A stretch of 64,000 nucleotides of DNA from an uncultured delta proteobacterium (GCA_963796685.1 CAWCMR010000025.1:1888001-1952000), one strand, 5' to 3'. Shown: positions 27,197 through 37,726, counted from the stretch's first letter. Translations and numbers: made by a program. The notes: a model not told the origin generated them from the letters alone.

Positions 27197-30063
27197 GTTC
27201 TGGATCGCTGCTCGTCATCGGAAACGGGATGGTGGGCCATCGCTTTTGCGAGAAAGTCATCGAATACGACCGTTCGCGCCGCCTTCGCATCACAGTTCTG
27301 GGCGAGGAGCCGCGACCGGCGTACGACAGGGTTCATCTCACGGACTTCTTCAAGGACCGTTCGGCCGATGGTCTGATGCTCGGGACCAAGGAATGGTACG
27401 CAGAGCGTGGCATCCAGCTTCACGTCGGGACGCAGGTCGCGGACATCGATCGGACCGGTTGCGAAGTCACGACGGCACATGGACAACGGCATTCCTACGA
27501 TTGGCTCGTGCTCGCCACGGGGTCGGCGCCCTTCGTTCCCCCGGTGCCCGGGATCGACAAGCAAGGCGTCTATGTCTACCGCACCATCGAGGATCTCGAA
27601 GCCATCTTGGCGAGGACCTCGATGTGCCGCAGCGCTGCCGTGATCGGCGGCGGGCTCTTGGGGCTGGAGGCGGCCAGGGCGGTGAAGGATTGCGGGTTGC
27701 AAACCCATGTCGTCGAGGTGGCAACGCGCCTCATGCCGCGCCAGCTTGACAGCGCCGCCTCGGCCTTGCTGGAACAGTCCATTCGCGACCTCGGTGTAAC
27801 GGTACACATCGACAAGCGGATTGCCCGCTTCACGGGCGAGGAGTCGGTCACCGGGGTGGAGCTTTCCGACGGCGAGGTCCTCGCGGTGGACATGGTCATC
27901 GTTTCAGCCGGCATCCGGCCGCGCGACGAGCTGGCGAGAAAGGCGGCCATCGCAGTCGGGCCGCGCGGCGGGGTGGTCGTGGACGACCAATTGTGCACGA
28001 GCGACCGGCGCATCTTCGCCATCGGCGAAGTCGCTCTTCATCAGGGGATGATCTATGGCCTCGTGGCGCCGGGCTACGAAATGGCGGATGTGCTGGCCAA
28101 GTCGCTCACCGGTGAATCGGCGGCCTTCACGGGGGGCGACCTGTCCGCCAAGCTCAAGCTCATGGGCATGGACGTCGCGTCGTTCGGTGATCCATTCGTG
28201 ACGTCACCGGGCGTTCGCGTGCTCTCCTTCGAAGACCAGATAAGGCGCACCTACAAGAAGCTCGTCGTCGATGTCGAAAGCAAGCATCTGCTCGGGGGCA
28301 TCTTGGTCGGCGACGCGAGGGACTATGGTCGGTTGCAATACCTGACACGCTCCCGTACGGCGCTCTCCGACGGATTCGATGAATTGGGGATGACGCCCGG
28401 ATTGACCGCGGCCCAGTCGTTCGTCCTGCCCGACGAAGCGCAGGTCTGCTCGTGCAACAACGTCTCGGCCGGGCACCTACGCGCGTGCGTCCGCGACGCG
28501 GATTGTGTCAGCGTGGATTTGTTGAAGAAGCAAACGCGCGCGGGCACGGGATGCGGCGGATGCTTACCCGTGGTTGGTGACCTGCTGGCGGCCCAACTCA
28601 AGGCCTTGGGCAAGGCCGTCCGGCCCCGCTTGTGCGAGCACTTCGCGCTGACGCGCCAGGATCTGTTCCAAATCATCGCCGTCAAACGCATCCGCACCTT
28701 CGACCAGCTCATTCGCGAGTATGGCCAAGGAAACGGTTGCGAGGTGTGCAAGCCCACGGTGGCGTCGATCCTGGCCAGCCTGTTCAACGAGCCCATACTC
28801 AAGGAAGAACACCGAACGCTGCAAGACACCAACGACCGGTTCTTGGCCAATGTGCAAAGAAACGGAACCTACTCGGTGATTCCTCGAGTCCCGGGCGGGG
28901 AGATTACACCCAAGAAGCTCGTCGTTCTGGGCCAGGTCGCCAGCAAGTACGGGCTCTATAGCAAGATCACCGGCGGCCAAAGGGTGGATCTGCTCGGCGC
29001 CAACCTCGAGGATTTGCCCAGCATTTGGGAGGAACTGGTGGCCGCCGGCTTCGAGAGCGGGCACGCCTACGGCAAGGCCCTGCGCACCGTCAAGAGCTGC
29101 GTCGGGACGACGTGGTGTCGCTTTGGTGTGCAGGACTCCACCGCCATGGCCATACGGCTCGAGCAACGCTACAAGGGCATCCGTTCGCCCCACAAGTTGA
29201 AGAGTGCCGTGAGTGGATGCATTCGAGAATGCGCCGAGGCCCAAGGCAAGGACTTTGGCCTCATCGCCACCGAAAAGGGCTGGAACATCTTCGTCTGCGG
29301 AAACGGTGGCGCGCATCCGCGCCACGCGGATTTACTGGTCAAGGATGTCGACGCGGAGACCGCCGTTCGCTATCTCGACCGCTTCATCATGTTCTACATC
29401 CGCACGGCGGACCGACTTACCCGCACTTCGGTTTGGCTCGAGAAGATGGAGGGTGGCATCGAGCGTCTGCGCGAAATCATCGTTGACGACGCCCTCGGGA
29501 TTGCTTCGGAATTGGAACGCGATCTGCAATACCTCGTCGATACCTACGAGTGCGAATGGGCAGGGGTTCTCTCCAGCCCAGAACGCCGGGCGCAGTTTCA
29601 GCGCTACGCCCGAGCGACGTCGACACCGGTGGAGAAGCCATCCGAGAAGAGCCGCAGATGGGTTCCGATGGCCAAGGTTTCCGAGGTGCCGAAGAACGGT
29701 GGAATCGCCGCCCGCTACGGAGAAACAGAGATTGCCATCTTCAACTTCGCCGCGCGCGGGGAATGGTTCGCAAGCGAGAACCTCTGTCCCCACAAACGAC
29801 AGATGGTCCTGGCGCGTGGGATCCTCGGTGACGCCGCCGGCTTGCCCAAGGTCGCATGTCCATTGCACAAGAACACCTTCGATCTGCGCAGTGGCGCGTG
29901 TCTAAACGGTGATTTGGCCGCAATTGCGACGTTCTCGGTGAAGATCGAAGGTGACGACGTGCTTGTGGAGCTGCCACCGGCCGAGGAATTACGGGCCATC
30001 GCGGTCCGGACCGAGCCGCAAAGGAATGCGCCGATTCACGCCGTGCAGCCGTTGATCCAGTAG
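27193..30063 (+). CDS. nirB: NADH nitrite reductase large subunit fused to a NirD Rieske domain
   Basis: IGNGMVG, GGGLLGLEAA, CSCN..GTGCGGC, KSCVGTTWC, SGCIRECAE; C-terminal NLCPH...VACPLH Rieske motif. Confidence 0.93.
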   Translation: MSSGSLLVIGNGMVGHRFCEKVIEYDRSRRLRITVLGEEPRPAYDRVHLTDFFKDRSADGLMLGTKEWYAERGIQLHVGTQVADIDRTGCEVTTAHGQRHSYDWLVLATGSAPFVPPVPGIDKQGVYVYRTIEDLEAILARTSMCRSAAVIGGGLLGLEAARAVKDCGLQTHVVEVATRLMPRQLDSAASALLEQSIRDLGVTVHIDKRIARFTGEESVTGVELSDGEVLAVDMVIVSAGIRPRDELARKAAIAVGPRGGVVVDDQLCTSDRRIFAIGEVALHQGMIYGLVAPGYEMADVLAKSLTGESAAFTGGDLSAKLKLMGMDVASFGDPFVTSPGVRVLSFEDQIRRTYKKLVVDVESKHLLGGILVGDARDYGRLQYLTRSRTALSDGFDELGMTPGLTAAQSFVLPDEAQVCSCNNVSAGHLRACVRDADCVSVDLLKKQTRAGTGCGGCLPVVGDLLAAQLKALGKAVRPRLCEHFALTRQDLFQIIAVKRIRTFDQLIREYGQGNGCEVCKPTVASILASLFNEPILKEEHRTLQDTNDRFLANVQRNGTYSVIPRVPGGEITPKKLVVLGQVASKYGLYSKITGGQRVDLLGANLEDLPSIWEELVAAGFESGHAYGKALRTVKSCVGTTWCRFGVQDSTAMAIRLEQRYKGIRSPHKLKSAVSGCIRECAEAQGKDFGLIATEKGWNIFVCGNGGAHPRHADLLVKDVDAETAVRYLDRFIMFYIRTADRLTRTSVWLEKMEGGIERLREIIVDDALGIASELERDLQYLVDTYECEWAGVLSSPERRAQFQRYARATSTPVEKPSEKSRRWVPMAKVSEVPKNGGIAARYGETEIAIFNFAARGEWFASENLCPHKRQMVLARGILGDAAGLPKVACPLHKNTFDLRSGACLNGDLAAIATFSVKIEGDDVLVELPPAEELRAIAVRTEPQRNAPIHAVQPLIQ

Positions 30064-30096
30064 TCGGAGCCTAGCCAATGATTGGAGTATTCGAAC

Positions 30097-31542
30097 ATGT
30101 CAACCATGATTCAAGAAGAACGCCTCGATTTGCGGGATGACCTCAAGTCGGTCTCACCCTATACCATCGAGCATTGGGAACCCGAGGACGATACCTTCTG
30201 GAATTCGACTGGGAGGAGGGTCGCAACGCGGAACCTGATATGCTCCATCTTCGTCGAGTTCCTGGGCTTCTCGGTGTGGCAGGTGTGGAGTGCCGTGGCC
30301 GCCCAGCTGCCCAGTATCGGCTACGCATTCACGGTCAATCAGCTGTTTTGGCTGGCGGCGTTGCCCGGTCTTTCCGGAGCAACGTTACGCATCCCGTATG
30401 GCCTTGCCGTATCCATATTCGGCGGTCGGAATTGGACGTTGGTCAGCGCCGCGCTGCTGTTGATCCCGGCGACGGGGTTGGCCTTCGCCGTGCAAAACGC
30501 GGATACCCCGTACTGGCTCTTCCTGTTCTTGGCCCTCGTCACAGGTTTCGGCGGGGGCAATTTTGCTTCGAGCATGGCGAATATCCAGTTCTTCTACCCG
30601 CAAAAGAGAAAGGGACTGGCGCTTGGCCTGAACGCGGCGGGCGGAAACGTCGGCGTCTCCGTGGTTCAATTCGTCGTTCCCTTGGTCATTGCCGGTTCGA
30701 TCTTCGGCTCCCTTGGCGGCGGCCCGGAGACCGCGCACATCAAGGGGGTGGAGAAGAGTCTGTACCTGCAGAACGCAGCCCTGATCTGGATCCCGTTCAT
30801 CTTGGTGGCGATCATCACCTCGTGGTTCTTCATGAATAACCTGCGCGTGGCCAAAGCGTCACTGAGGGAGCAATTGCCCATTCTCAAGAACAAGCACAAC
30901 TGGATCATGAGTTGGCTCTACCTTGGCACCTTCGGCTCGTTCATCGGGTATTCGGCAGGGTTTCCGCTGCTCATCAGGTCCCAATTTCCGGGCGTGAACC
31001 CATTGCAGTATGCGTTTCTCGGTCCCCTGGTCGGCTCCGTCGTTCGTCCCGTGGGAGGATGGTTGGCCGACAAGATAGGAGGCGCTGTCGTCACCTTCTG
31101 GAATTTCGCGGGGATGTCCGTCGCCCTTTCCGGCGTCATCTATTTCGTCGCGCACAAGACCGAGCCCGGCGCATTTACCGGCTTCTTCGTGATGTTCCTG
31201 ATCCTCTTCGTCGGCTCGGGAATCGGGAACGGCTCGACGTTTCGCATGATTCCGATCATCTTCCGGACGCTCAAGCTGCGCTCCCATGAAGGGGTGGTGG
31301 AAGGTTCGGGTGCCTATCAGGCCGCCATCAAGCTGGCCAACAAGGAATCATCCACCATCATCGGGTTCGTCTCGGCCATGGCTGCTTACGGAGCGTTCTT
31401 CGTCCCCAAGAGCTATGGAACCTCCATCACCCTGACAGGCAGTCCCGTGCTCGCGCTTGCCACGTTCCTCGCGTTCTACATCAGTTGTCTCTACATCACC
31501 TGGTCGTACTATTCGCGCAAGGGGGCCAAGATACCCTGCTGA
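30097..31542 (+). CDS. narK: NarK-family nitrate/nitrite transporter (MFS)
   Basis: WEPED..FW, GFGGGNFASSM, GLNAAGGN.G, FGSFIG, GIGNGSTF nitrate signatures. Confidence 0.92.
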   Translation: MSTMIQEERLDLRDDLKSVSPYTIEHWEPEDDTFWNSTGRRVATRNLICSIFVEFLGFSVWQVWSAVAAQLPSIGYAFTVNQLFWLAALPGLSGATLRIPYGLAVSIFGGRNWTLVSAALLLIPATGLAFAVQNADTPYWLFLFLALVTGFGGGNFASSMANIQFFYPQKRKGLALGLNAAGGNVGVSVVQFVVPLVIAGSIFGSLGGGPETAHIKGVEKSLYLQNAALIWIPFILVAIITSWFFMNNLRVAKASLREQLPILKNKHNWIMSWLYLGTFGSFIGYSAGFPLLIRSQFPGVNPLQYAFLGPLVGSVVRPVGGWLADKIGGAVVTFWNFAGMSVALSGVIYFVAHKTEPGAFTGFFVMFLILFVGSGIGNGSTFRMIPIIFRTLKLRSHEGVVEGSGAYQAAIKLANKESSTIIGFVSAMAAYGAFFVPKSYGTSITLTGSPVLALATFLAFYISCLYITWSYYSRKGAKIPC

Positions 31543-31575
31543 CCGTGGCGCAGCCGCTTCGCCGGTGGACATCGA

Positions 31576-32670
31576 CTATTCAGTCATGCGCCAGGCGCGC
31601 ATCCCGCCGCGCAGGCTGGTGGCCCGGCGAAAGTCGTAGCGCTCGCGCAAGATGGCCACGGCGGCAAGGCTGCGCACGCCTGCGGCACAGTAGACGACGG
31701 TAGGACTGTCGGCGCGCCATCCCGCAAGCAGTTGTTCCGTCGAAGCCTGTTCCAAGGCGGCCAAGGGAATGTGAAGGGACGGCTGGATCGCGTCCGCTTC
31801 CCGCTCCCAGTCCTCGCGTACGTCGAGAAGCTGGACGGAGCCTGCTTCGAGCAAGGACCGCAACTCGGTGGAGTCGATCTCCCAAGGCTCGCTCGGGCAG
31901 GCTGCAGGCTTCGCGTCGACTGGAAGCTCGAGGATGGGCCGGCTCTTGGGATCCGCGGCCAAGCGCAGGGTTTGCACATGCATGGTCAGCGCGTTCCACA
32001 AGAGCAACTTGCCCGACAGCGGCTCGCCCACACCGGCCAGCATCTTGATGGCCTCGCCGGCCTGCCAGGTTCCCACGATTCCCGGCAAGACCCCGAGCAC
32101 GCCCGCCGTCGCACAATTCGGCACCAGCTCGGCCGGCGGTGGCGAGGGGAACAGACAGCGGTAGGTCGGGCCACCGCGCCAGTTGAACACGCTCAACTGG
32201 CCCTCGAAGCCCTGGATGGCGCCGTAGACGAACGGGCGATCCGCCATGACACACGCGTCGTTGACCAGGTAGCGGGTGGGGAAATTGTCCGAGCCGTCGA
32301 TGACCACGTCGCAGGCGCCAACCAGCTCCAGGGCGTTTTCCCGACGCAAGCACTCGCCGACGGCGACGACATCGACAAACGAGCTCAGGGCGCGCAATCG
32401 TTTTGCCGCGACCTCGGCCTTGGGCTGGCCGATGTCCGCCTCGGTATACAGCACCTGGCGTTGCAAATTGCTGCCCTCCACGGTGTCCGGATCCACCAGC
32501 ACGATGCGCCCCACCCCGGCGGCGGCAAGGTAGAGCAGGGCCGGACAGCCGAGGCCGCCCGCGCCCACCACCAGGACCTTGCCGGCCCTGAGCCGCTCTT
32601 GCCCGACTTTTCCGAAGCCGGGCAGCGCGAGATGGCGCTGGTAGCGGCGCAACTCCGCTGCGCTCAGCAC
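31576..32670 (-). CDS. ThiF/MoeB adenylyltransferase with C-terminal rhodanese (MoeZ-like)
   Basis: RYQRHL, GAGGLG, SNLQRQ, DGSDNF.TRY, C...GVLG; rhodanese LLDVRE..YCAAGVRS. Confidence 0.9.
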   Translation of the reverse strand: MLSAAELRRYQRHLALPGFGKVGQERLRAGKVLVVGAGGLGCPALLYLAAAGVGRIVLVDPDTVEGSNLQRQVLYTEADIGQPKAEVAAKRLRALSSFVDVVAVGECLRRENALELVGACDVVIDGSDNFPTRYLVNDACVMADRPFVYGAIQGFEGQLSVFNWRGGPTYRCLFPSPPPAELVPNCATAGVLGVLPGIVGTWQAGEAIKMLAGVGEPLSGKLLLWNALTMHVQTLRLAADPKSRPILELPVDAKPAACPSEPWEIDSTELRSLLEAGSVQLLDVREDWEREADAIQPSLHIPLAALEQASTEQLLAGWRADSPTVVYCAAGVRSLAAVAILRERYDFRRATSLRGGMRAWRMTE

Positions 32671-33824
32671 GGCCGCACCTCGCGCGCGGGGCGCTCGACG
32701 ACCTGGCCGTCGTAGGTTCCGTCCCAATCCTTCCACACCGGTTCATACCCTTGCGCGCCCAGGAAGGCCGCGACCGCGGCGGGGCTGCGCGAATCGTCGA
32801 TGGCGAACTGCTCGAGCGATGCTTGGCCGCGTGCGTACCCGCCCGGGTTGGTACGCGAGCCCGCGCTCATCGACGTGATGCCGAGGCGGAAGGCGTGGTT
32901 GCGGAAACGGGCGCTCTCGCGCGTGGAAAGCGACAGCTCCACTTCTTGACTGAACAAGCGGAAGGCGCACATCGTCTGCACCAGATCCCGCTCGCCGAAT
33001 GCGGACAGCGCCGAATCGCTGTCACCCTCGTGCGGGCGCAGGCGCGGAAACGAGATGCTGGTGCGGGCGCGCCAATAGCGCTCTTCGAGATAGCGCAGGT
33101 GGAGCCCGACGAACCAAGCATCCGCCCGCCAGTCGGACAATCCGTAGAGCGCGCCGAGGCCGATCTTCTTGACCCCGGCCCGGCCCAGGCGATCCGACGT
33201 CTCCAGTCGGTAGACCATGTTCGACTTGGGCCCGCGCAGGTGGCAATGCGCGTAGGCGATGGGATCGTAGGTTTCCTGGTAGACCATGACCGCGTTCATA
33301 CCCTCTTCGCCAAAGCGAAGGTAGTCGCCCACGTCGAGCGGCTGGACTTCGAAAGACAGACTGGCGAAACGCGGTCGCAGCAGGCGCAGGGCGTGTACGA
33401 GATAGTCGGGTCCCACGCGCGGGCTTTCGCCGGTGAGCAGCAGGACATGTTGCATCCCCATCGCGGCCAGGACCGCGGCCTCGGCGAGGATCGCCTCGTC
33501 GTCCAGAATCAGGCGCTCGACATGATTTTGGGCGCTGAACCCGCAGTAGGTGCAGATGTTGCCGCACACGTTCGACAGGTAGAGCGGCGCGTAGAGTTGC
33601 ATGGTTCGGCCGAAGCGCTCGACCGTTCGCTGGTGGCTGGCGTGTGCCATCTGCTCCAGGAACGGGGCCGCGGCCGGGGACAGCAGGGCCGCAAGATCTT
33701 CCAAGGACAGGTCGCCTCGCGCGCGCCCGAGCGCGCGTCGCACGTCTTGCGCGGTCTTGCCCGCGATGCGAGCCGCGACGGTCCGAAAGTCGTGCGCGCG
33801 CCATACCGTCTCGAAGCTGGTCAC
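32664..33824 (-). CDS. thiH: 2-iminoacetate synthase (radical SAM)
   Basis: YAPLYLSNVCGNICTYCGF, YQETY, ISFPRLRP, SAGSRT.PGGY, PVWKDWD. Confidence 0.94.
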   Translation of the reverse strand: MTSFETVWRAHDFRTVAARIAGKTAQDVRRALGRARGDLSLEDLAALLSPAAAPFLEQMAHASHQRTVERFGRTMQLYAPLYLSNVCGNICTYCGFSAQNHVERLILDDEAILAEAAVLAAMGMQHVLLLTGESPRVGPDYLVHALRLLRPRFASLSFEVQPLDVGDYLRFGEEGMNAVMVYQETYDPIAYAHCHLRGPKSNMVYRLETSDRLGRAGVKKIGLGALYGLSDWRADAWFVGLHLRYLEERYWRARTSISFPRLRPHEGDSDSALSAFGERDLVQTMCAFRLFSQEVELSLSTRESARFRNHAFRLGITSMSAGSRTNPGGYARGQASLEQFAIDDSRSPAAVAAFLGAQGYEPVWKDWDGTYDGQVVERPAREVRPC

Positions 33825-33827
33825 GCG

Positions 33828-34607
33828 CTATCCCTCCTGGGCAAGAAAGGCCGTGAGCGGCGACGACGCGTGCGCTTCCTCCGCCACCGACGGAAGGCCG
33901 GCTTCGTAGCCCAGGCGTCCCGCCTCGACGGCCAGAGCAAAGGCGCGGGCCATGGCCACCGCGTCCGGGGCGGTGGCGATGGCGGTGTTGACCAACACCG
34001 CGTCGGCGCCCATTTCCATGGCCGCAGCGGCGTGCGAAGGCGCACCCAGCCCGGCGTCGATCACCACCGGCACCTGGCGCTGGGCCAGGATGATCTTCAG
34101 GAACGCGTGCGAGGCCAGCCCCTGGTTGCTGCCGATGGGCGCGCCCAGCGGCATGACCGCGGCGGCGCCGGCCTCGGCCAGCTGGCGGCACAAAACCGGA
34201 TCCGCGTGGACGTAGGGCAACACCACGAACCCGCGCCGGGCCAGCTCTTCCGTGGCTGCCAAGGTTTCGATCGGATCCGGCATCAGGTACTTGGGGTCGG
34301 GATGGATTTCCAGCTTCAGCCAATGGGTTTGCAAAGCCTCGCGCGCCAGCTCCGCCGCCAGGATCGCCTCGCGGCGATTGCGCACCCCGGAGGTGTTGGG
34401 CAGCAGGCGGTAGCGATCGGTTTCCAGGTGCGCCAGCAGGTCGTCTATCGCACCGTCGGTGCGAACCCGGCGCAGCGCCACCGTCACGAGCTGGGTGCCC
34501 GACGCGGCTAGGCTATCGCGCATGAGCGGGCCTGATGCGAATTTTCCGGTACCGAGAAACAGACGCGAGGTCAGCTCGACGCCGGCGATGGAAAGGGGTG
34601 GTGTCAT
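33828..34607 (-). CDS. thiG: Thiazole synthase
   Basis: [40 protein letters not shown]. Confidence 0.95.
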   Translation of the reverse strand: MTPPLSIAGVELTSRLFLGTGKFASGPLMRDSLAASGTQLVTVALRRVRTDGAIDDLLAHLETDRYRLLPNTSGVRNRREAILAAELAREALQTHWLKLEIHPDPKYLMPDPIETLAATEELARRGFVVLPYVHADPVLCRQLAEAGAAAVMPLGAPIGSNQGLASHAFLKIILAQRQVPVVIDAGLGAPSHAAAAMEMGADAVLVNTAIATAPDAVAMARAFALAVEAGRLGYEAGLPSVAEEAHASSPLTAFLAQEG

Positions 34608-35257
34608 CGAGAGGCTCCTTGGTCGTCGGAAACGAGGCCTACGTGGCGACGGCTCGCGTCCTGAAATTGGAGAAACGCTGCCACCGGGTCGGCGGCGTTC
34701 CAGACCGCACCCAGGATGGCAACGCCGTCAAAACCCAAGGCGCGGCAGGCGTGAATCCGCTGCGCGGTCACGCCCCCGAGCGCGAAGATCCGGGTCCGTT
34801 TTTCCGCCGGGCCACGGGCAGCGAGGGCGGCACCCAACCCTTCGAGGACGTCCTGGGGAACGGGGCCGTACCCTGGCTTGCTGAGCGACGGAAAAACCGG
34901 GCCGAAGAAGATCGAATCGTAGCGCCCGAGAGCCGCGCTGACCGCGGCCACGTCGTGACAGGAACGACTGGTCAGGCAGCCGGGCGGCACGCGCGGCGAG
35001 GGTAGCTCGGGCGCGTTCCCGTCGTCGCGAAAGTGAATCCCCCCCACGCGAAAGCCGGCTGACAGATCCGCGTGGGAATGCAGGACGATGAGGCTGCGCC
35101 AGCGTGCCGGCATCGACTCTAGCCACAGGGTCACCCGCGCGCTCTTCCAGCCGGGTTTGCGCAGGTGATACCGTTCAAGCCCGGCGGCGAACAGCGCCGC
35201 GACGGTCGCAATCTCGTTCGGCCGCTCGTCGGGCGGCGAGATCAGCACGACCTTCAT
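34604..35257 (-). CDS. thiE: Thiamine phosphate synthase (ThiE/TenI-like)
   Basis: [26 protein letters not shown]; position in the thi operon with ATGA overlaps. Confidence 0.8.
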   Translation of the reverse strand: MKVVLISPPDERPNEIATVAALFAAGLERYHLRKPGWKSARVTLWLESMPARWRSLIVLHSHADLSAGFRVGGIHFRDDGNAPELPSPRVPPGCLTSRSCHDVAAVSAALGRYDSIFFGPVFPSLSKPGYGPVPQDVLEGLGAALAARGPAEKRTRIFALGGVTAQRIHACRALGFDGVAILGAVWNAADPVAAFLQFQDASRRHVGLVSDDQGASR

Positions 35258-35475
35258 CCGCCCTGACTCGCTTGAATGACGAGCACCCGATCGCCTTCCT
35301 GCAGCCTTCGCTCGGCCCAACGCGAGCACGGCACCACCTCGGCGTTGACCGCAACCGCCAAGCCCTGGCGACCGGCCAAGGCCATCTCCTCGAGCAGAGA
35401 CAGCAGGCCGGTGCCACAGGTCACGGAGCGGTCGGCGTCATTGACATGGATGTGTATGGTTTCGGCGGGGACCAT
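35254..35475 (-). CDS. thiS: Sulfur carrier protein
   Basis: 73 aa, AVAVN.EVVP..W, C-terminal QGG. Confidence 0.92.
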   Translation of the reverse strand: MVPAETIHIHVNDADRSVTCGTGLLSLLEEMALAGRQGLAVAVNAEVVPCSRWAERRLQEGDRVLVIQASQGG

Positions 35476-35540
35476 GCGCTGGGCCTTTCCGCGCCCGAGC
35501 CGACCCTCGGGCCCAAGCTTCCTCCGCGCTGGCGGCGAAA

Positions 35541-35642
35541 CCTGTTTTCCCTACGGCGGCGCGACACGCATCAGGTTCGAAGGCTTCCGGGACGGCTCCT
35601 GTCCCAATCTCAGCCCAGTGCCCCAGGCTCGCCTAAACAAGG
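35541..35642 (-). promoter_or_regulatory. TPP riboswitch
   Basis: Minus strand: P1 CCUUGUUU/AAACAGG, P2 AGGC/GCCU, GCUGAGA, UUCGAACCUGAU...CGUAGGGAA; directly upstream of thiS. Confidence 0.88.
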
Positions 35643-35910
35643 TACGCACAACTAGGACTCACGGGTGCGGGCTTTTCAAGCCAAAAGAACCGCCGTGGTC
35701 GAGGAATCGTCCGCCCCTTGCCTGGCCGCCAAGCCAAGGGCGCCTAGGATACGAGTCGTCGTCGCTCCTGCCTTCAAGCGCCGCACGTGCGAGGTCCGCA
35801 TCCATCAACGGCAGGATCCGCAGCGGATGCCGCAGAAAGCCTCGCCGAATCCACGCCCAAGAGGTCGGCACGAAAATTGATTGTCCAATGTTGCGAGCTG
35901 GAGGGGTGCC

Positions 35911-36702
35911 ATGACCAATTGCATGACCATTGTCGCTTGTACGTTGCTGATCATCGGCGGGGTCGCGCACGCCCAAGGGCCAACTGCCTCGCAAGAGGCT
36001 TGGACTGCCCAGGAGGACACCCAGTCGGAGCCCACTCAGGCGGCAGTCACCGAGCCGACAGGGCTTCCGCCAGCGCCGCCCTTGTTGCCCCCGCCACCGC
36101 CCCAAGCCCAAGCCCAAGCCCAAGCGGAAGAGGAGGAGACCCCAGCGCCGCCCTCCGATGGGACAGAGGCGAGCGGCCAATGGGTCTACACCGACCAGTA
36201 CGGTTGGGTCTTCGTGCCATACGGGGATCAGTACGTGTCTCCGGCAGCGGGCTTCGATGAGACCGCGCTCTGCTACGTCTACCAGCCGGGCACGGGATGG
36301 GTGTGGCTGGCAGCACCCTGGACCCAGGAGCCCGAAGCCTACCCGTTCCTTGGCATCGTCGAGCCCGTACAGGTTGGCTGGCACCACGGACATTCACACG
36401 GGGATGGGCACGGCGACCAGCGCGGCAACGACCAGCGCGGGAACGGCCCGCGCGGGAACGGCCAGCGCGGGAACGGCCAGCGCGGGAATGGCGAGAACGG
36501 AACGATCGGTGGTGGCCACGCAGGACCGCCACGGATGGCGCGACCCGGGCCAGTGCGGGATCCGCGCAATATCCCCACCCGTCCCGCGCCCAGCGGCACT
36601 GCCGCCGGTCACGCGATGGGGGCGGCGCCCAGCGTGCGCGGAAATCCTGGTCGAGCGCAGCCCGGCGCTTCGGCTGGCAGCCAGTCCAGGGAGCATCGCT
36701 AG
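35911..36702 (+). CDS. Secreted Pro/Gln-rich protein with a Trp/Tyr-rich core and QRGNG repeats
   Basis: GGAGGGG RBS, signal peptide ending AHA, WVYTDQYGWVFVPY..GWVWLAAPW core. Confidence 0.65.
   Translation: MTNCMTIVACTLLIIGGVAHAQGPTASQEAWTAQEDTQSEPTQAAVTEPTGLPPAPPLLPPPPPQAQAQAQAEEEETPAPPSDGTEASGQWVYTDQYGWVFVPYGDQYVSPAAGFDETALCYVYQPGTGWVWLAAPWTQEPEAYPFLGIVEPVQVGWHHGHSHGDGHGDQRGNDQRGNGPRGNGQRGNGQRGNGENGTIGGGHAGPPRMARPGPVRDPRNIPTRPAPSGTAAGHAMGAAPSVRGNPGRAQPGASAGSQSREHR
36415..36489 (+). repeat. Five tandem 15-bp units encoding (D/G)(Q/P)RGN
   Basis: gaccagcgcggcaac, gaccagcgcgggaac, ggcccgcgcgggaac, ggccagcgcgggaac, ggccagcgcgggaat. Confidence 0.85.
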
Positions 36703-36834
36703 CCATTCGGGAAGGCAGCCGAGCGGGAGGTTGCTCAATACCAAGGGCATCGGGGCAGAGCCCGGTGCCCTATGTTTCCACTCAAGGGCCACCGCAAACG
36801 ACAGCTCGACCACGAATCTCAGTAGTCCCGGCTT

Positions 36835-37167
36835 TCAGCCCTTGAGCAAACGCTCCATGAGGATGTCCTCGAGGTTGCGACGTCCGTCCAGCACGGCATG
36901 GATCTGAACCACGTCATCGAGCCGGCGGTAGATGATTCTCCACGGATGCTCCTGCAGCTCACGCCAGGTGCGGTCACCGATCGATCGTAGCTCCGGTGGG
37001 GTGCGGCCGCGGTTGGGCAGGCTGGCCAGGGATTCGGCGCGCTCAACGATGCGATCGACGACGGCCGTTGCGCGCAGAGGAGACTCGCTGGCCAGGTAGC
37101 CGGCGATGCGTTCCAGGTCGGAAGCCGCGACCGCCGTCCAGACGACCTTCAGATCGCGCGTCTTCAT
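36835..37167 (-). CDS. RelE/ParE family toxin
   Basis: VVWT..A.SDLERI..Y, L...P.RGR..PEL, WRIIYR, V.IHAVLDGRR. Confidence 0.88.
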   Translation of the reverse strand: MKTRDLKVVWTAVAASDLERIAGYLASESPLRATAVVDRIVERAESLASLPNRGRTPPELRSIGDRTWRELQEHPWRIIYRRLDDVVQIHAVLDGRRNLEDILMERLLKG

Positions 37168-37448
37168 CGCTTGCTGGCGCGCCCGATGGCCGCGTGCGCC
37201 CTGCGCCTGACGTCACCGCTCGAGTAGGTCTTGTCGCCGCGGGCCAGCGAATCCTGGCTCTGCGCCAATAGTTTCAGCATGGCCAGGGTCGCCTGCGCAT
37301 CGTCGTGGCGCTTGGCATCGATGACCACCACACGGGCACGGCCGTTCTGCGTGATGAGAACCGGTTCGCCGCTATGGATGGCCTGGTCGATGACGTCCTT
37401 GGTGTGTGTCTTCAGGTCGGTGATCGGGCGGACGCTGGTGGCGCGCAT
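37164..37448 (-). CDS. Phd/YefM family antitoxin
   Basis: VRPITDLK......I......EPVLITQNGRARVVV; ATGA overlap with the toxin. Confidence 0.88.
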   Translation of the reverse strand: MRATSVRPITDLKTHTKDVIDQAIHSGEPVLITQNGRARVVVIDAKRHDDAQATLAMLKLLAQSQDSLARGDKTYSSGDVRRRAHAAIGRASKR

Positions 37449-37726
37449 GGACCTGAATATAGCACTTAATTCCGTGCGGGTGCTGGCCCGAGATTTTCGC
37501 ATTGCCGCCAAAATCGTCGAAAGTGCCCTGCGCTGGGAGATGAGTGCCGCGGCCGCTTGATCCGCCGGCGTTCTTCGTGGACCACTGCCTGGGCACGGAA
37601 GTCGTAGCGGAACGACTTCGAAAAGTGGGCGCGACGGTTCACGTTCTGGCGGCGCAGTCACGATGAAATTCGGCGGTGCACGGCTGGGCGGCGTGAGGAG
37701 GGGCTGAGCGGCCGCGACCGGAATCG

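Noticed and set aside
36415-36489. Tandem 15-bp repeats as a possible CRISPR-like array
   Set aside because: No spacers; in-frame coding repeat (QRGNG) inside a secreted protein; no cas genes in the window
37161-37176. 16-bp identity TCTTCATCGCTTGCTG between the phd/relE junction and the MTase/yhcG junction (58637-58652)
   Set aside because: About one match of this length is expected by chance in 64 kb of GC-rich DNA, and similarity does not extend
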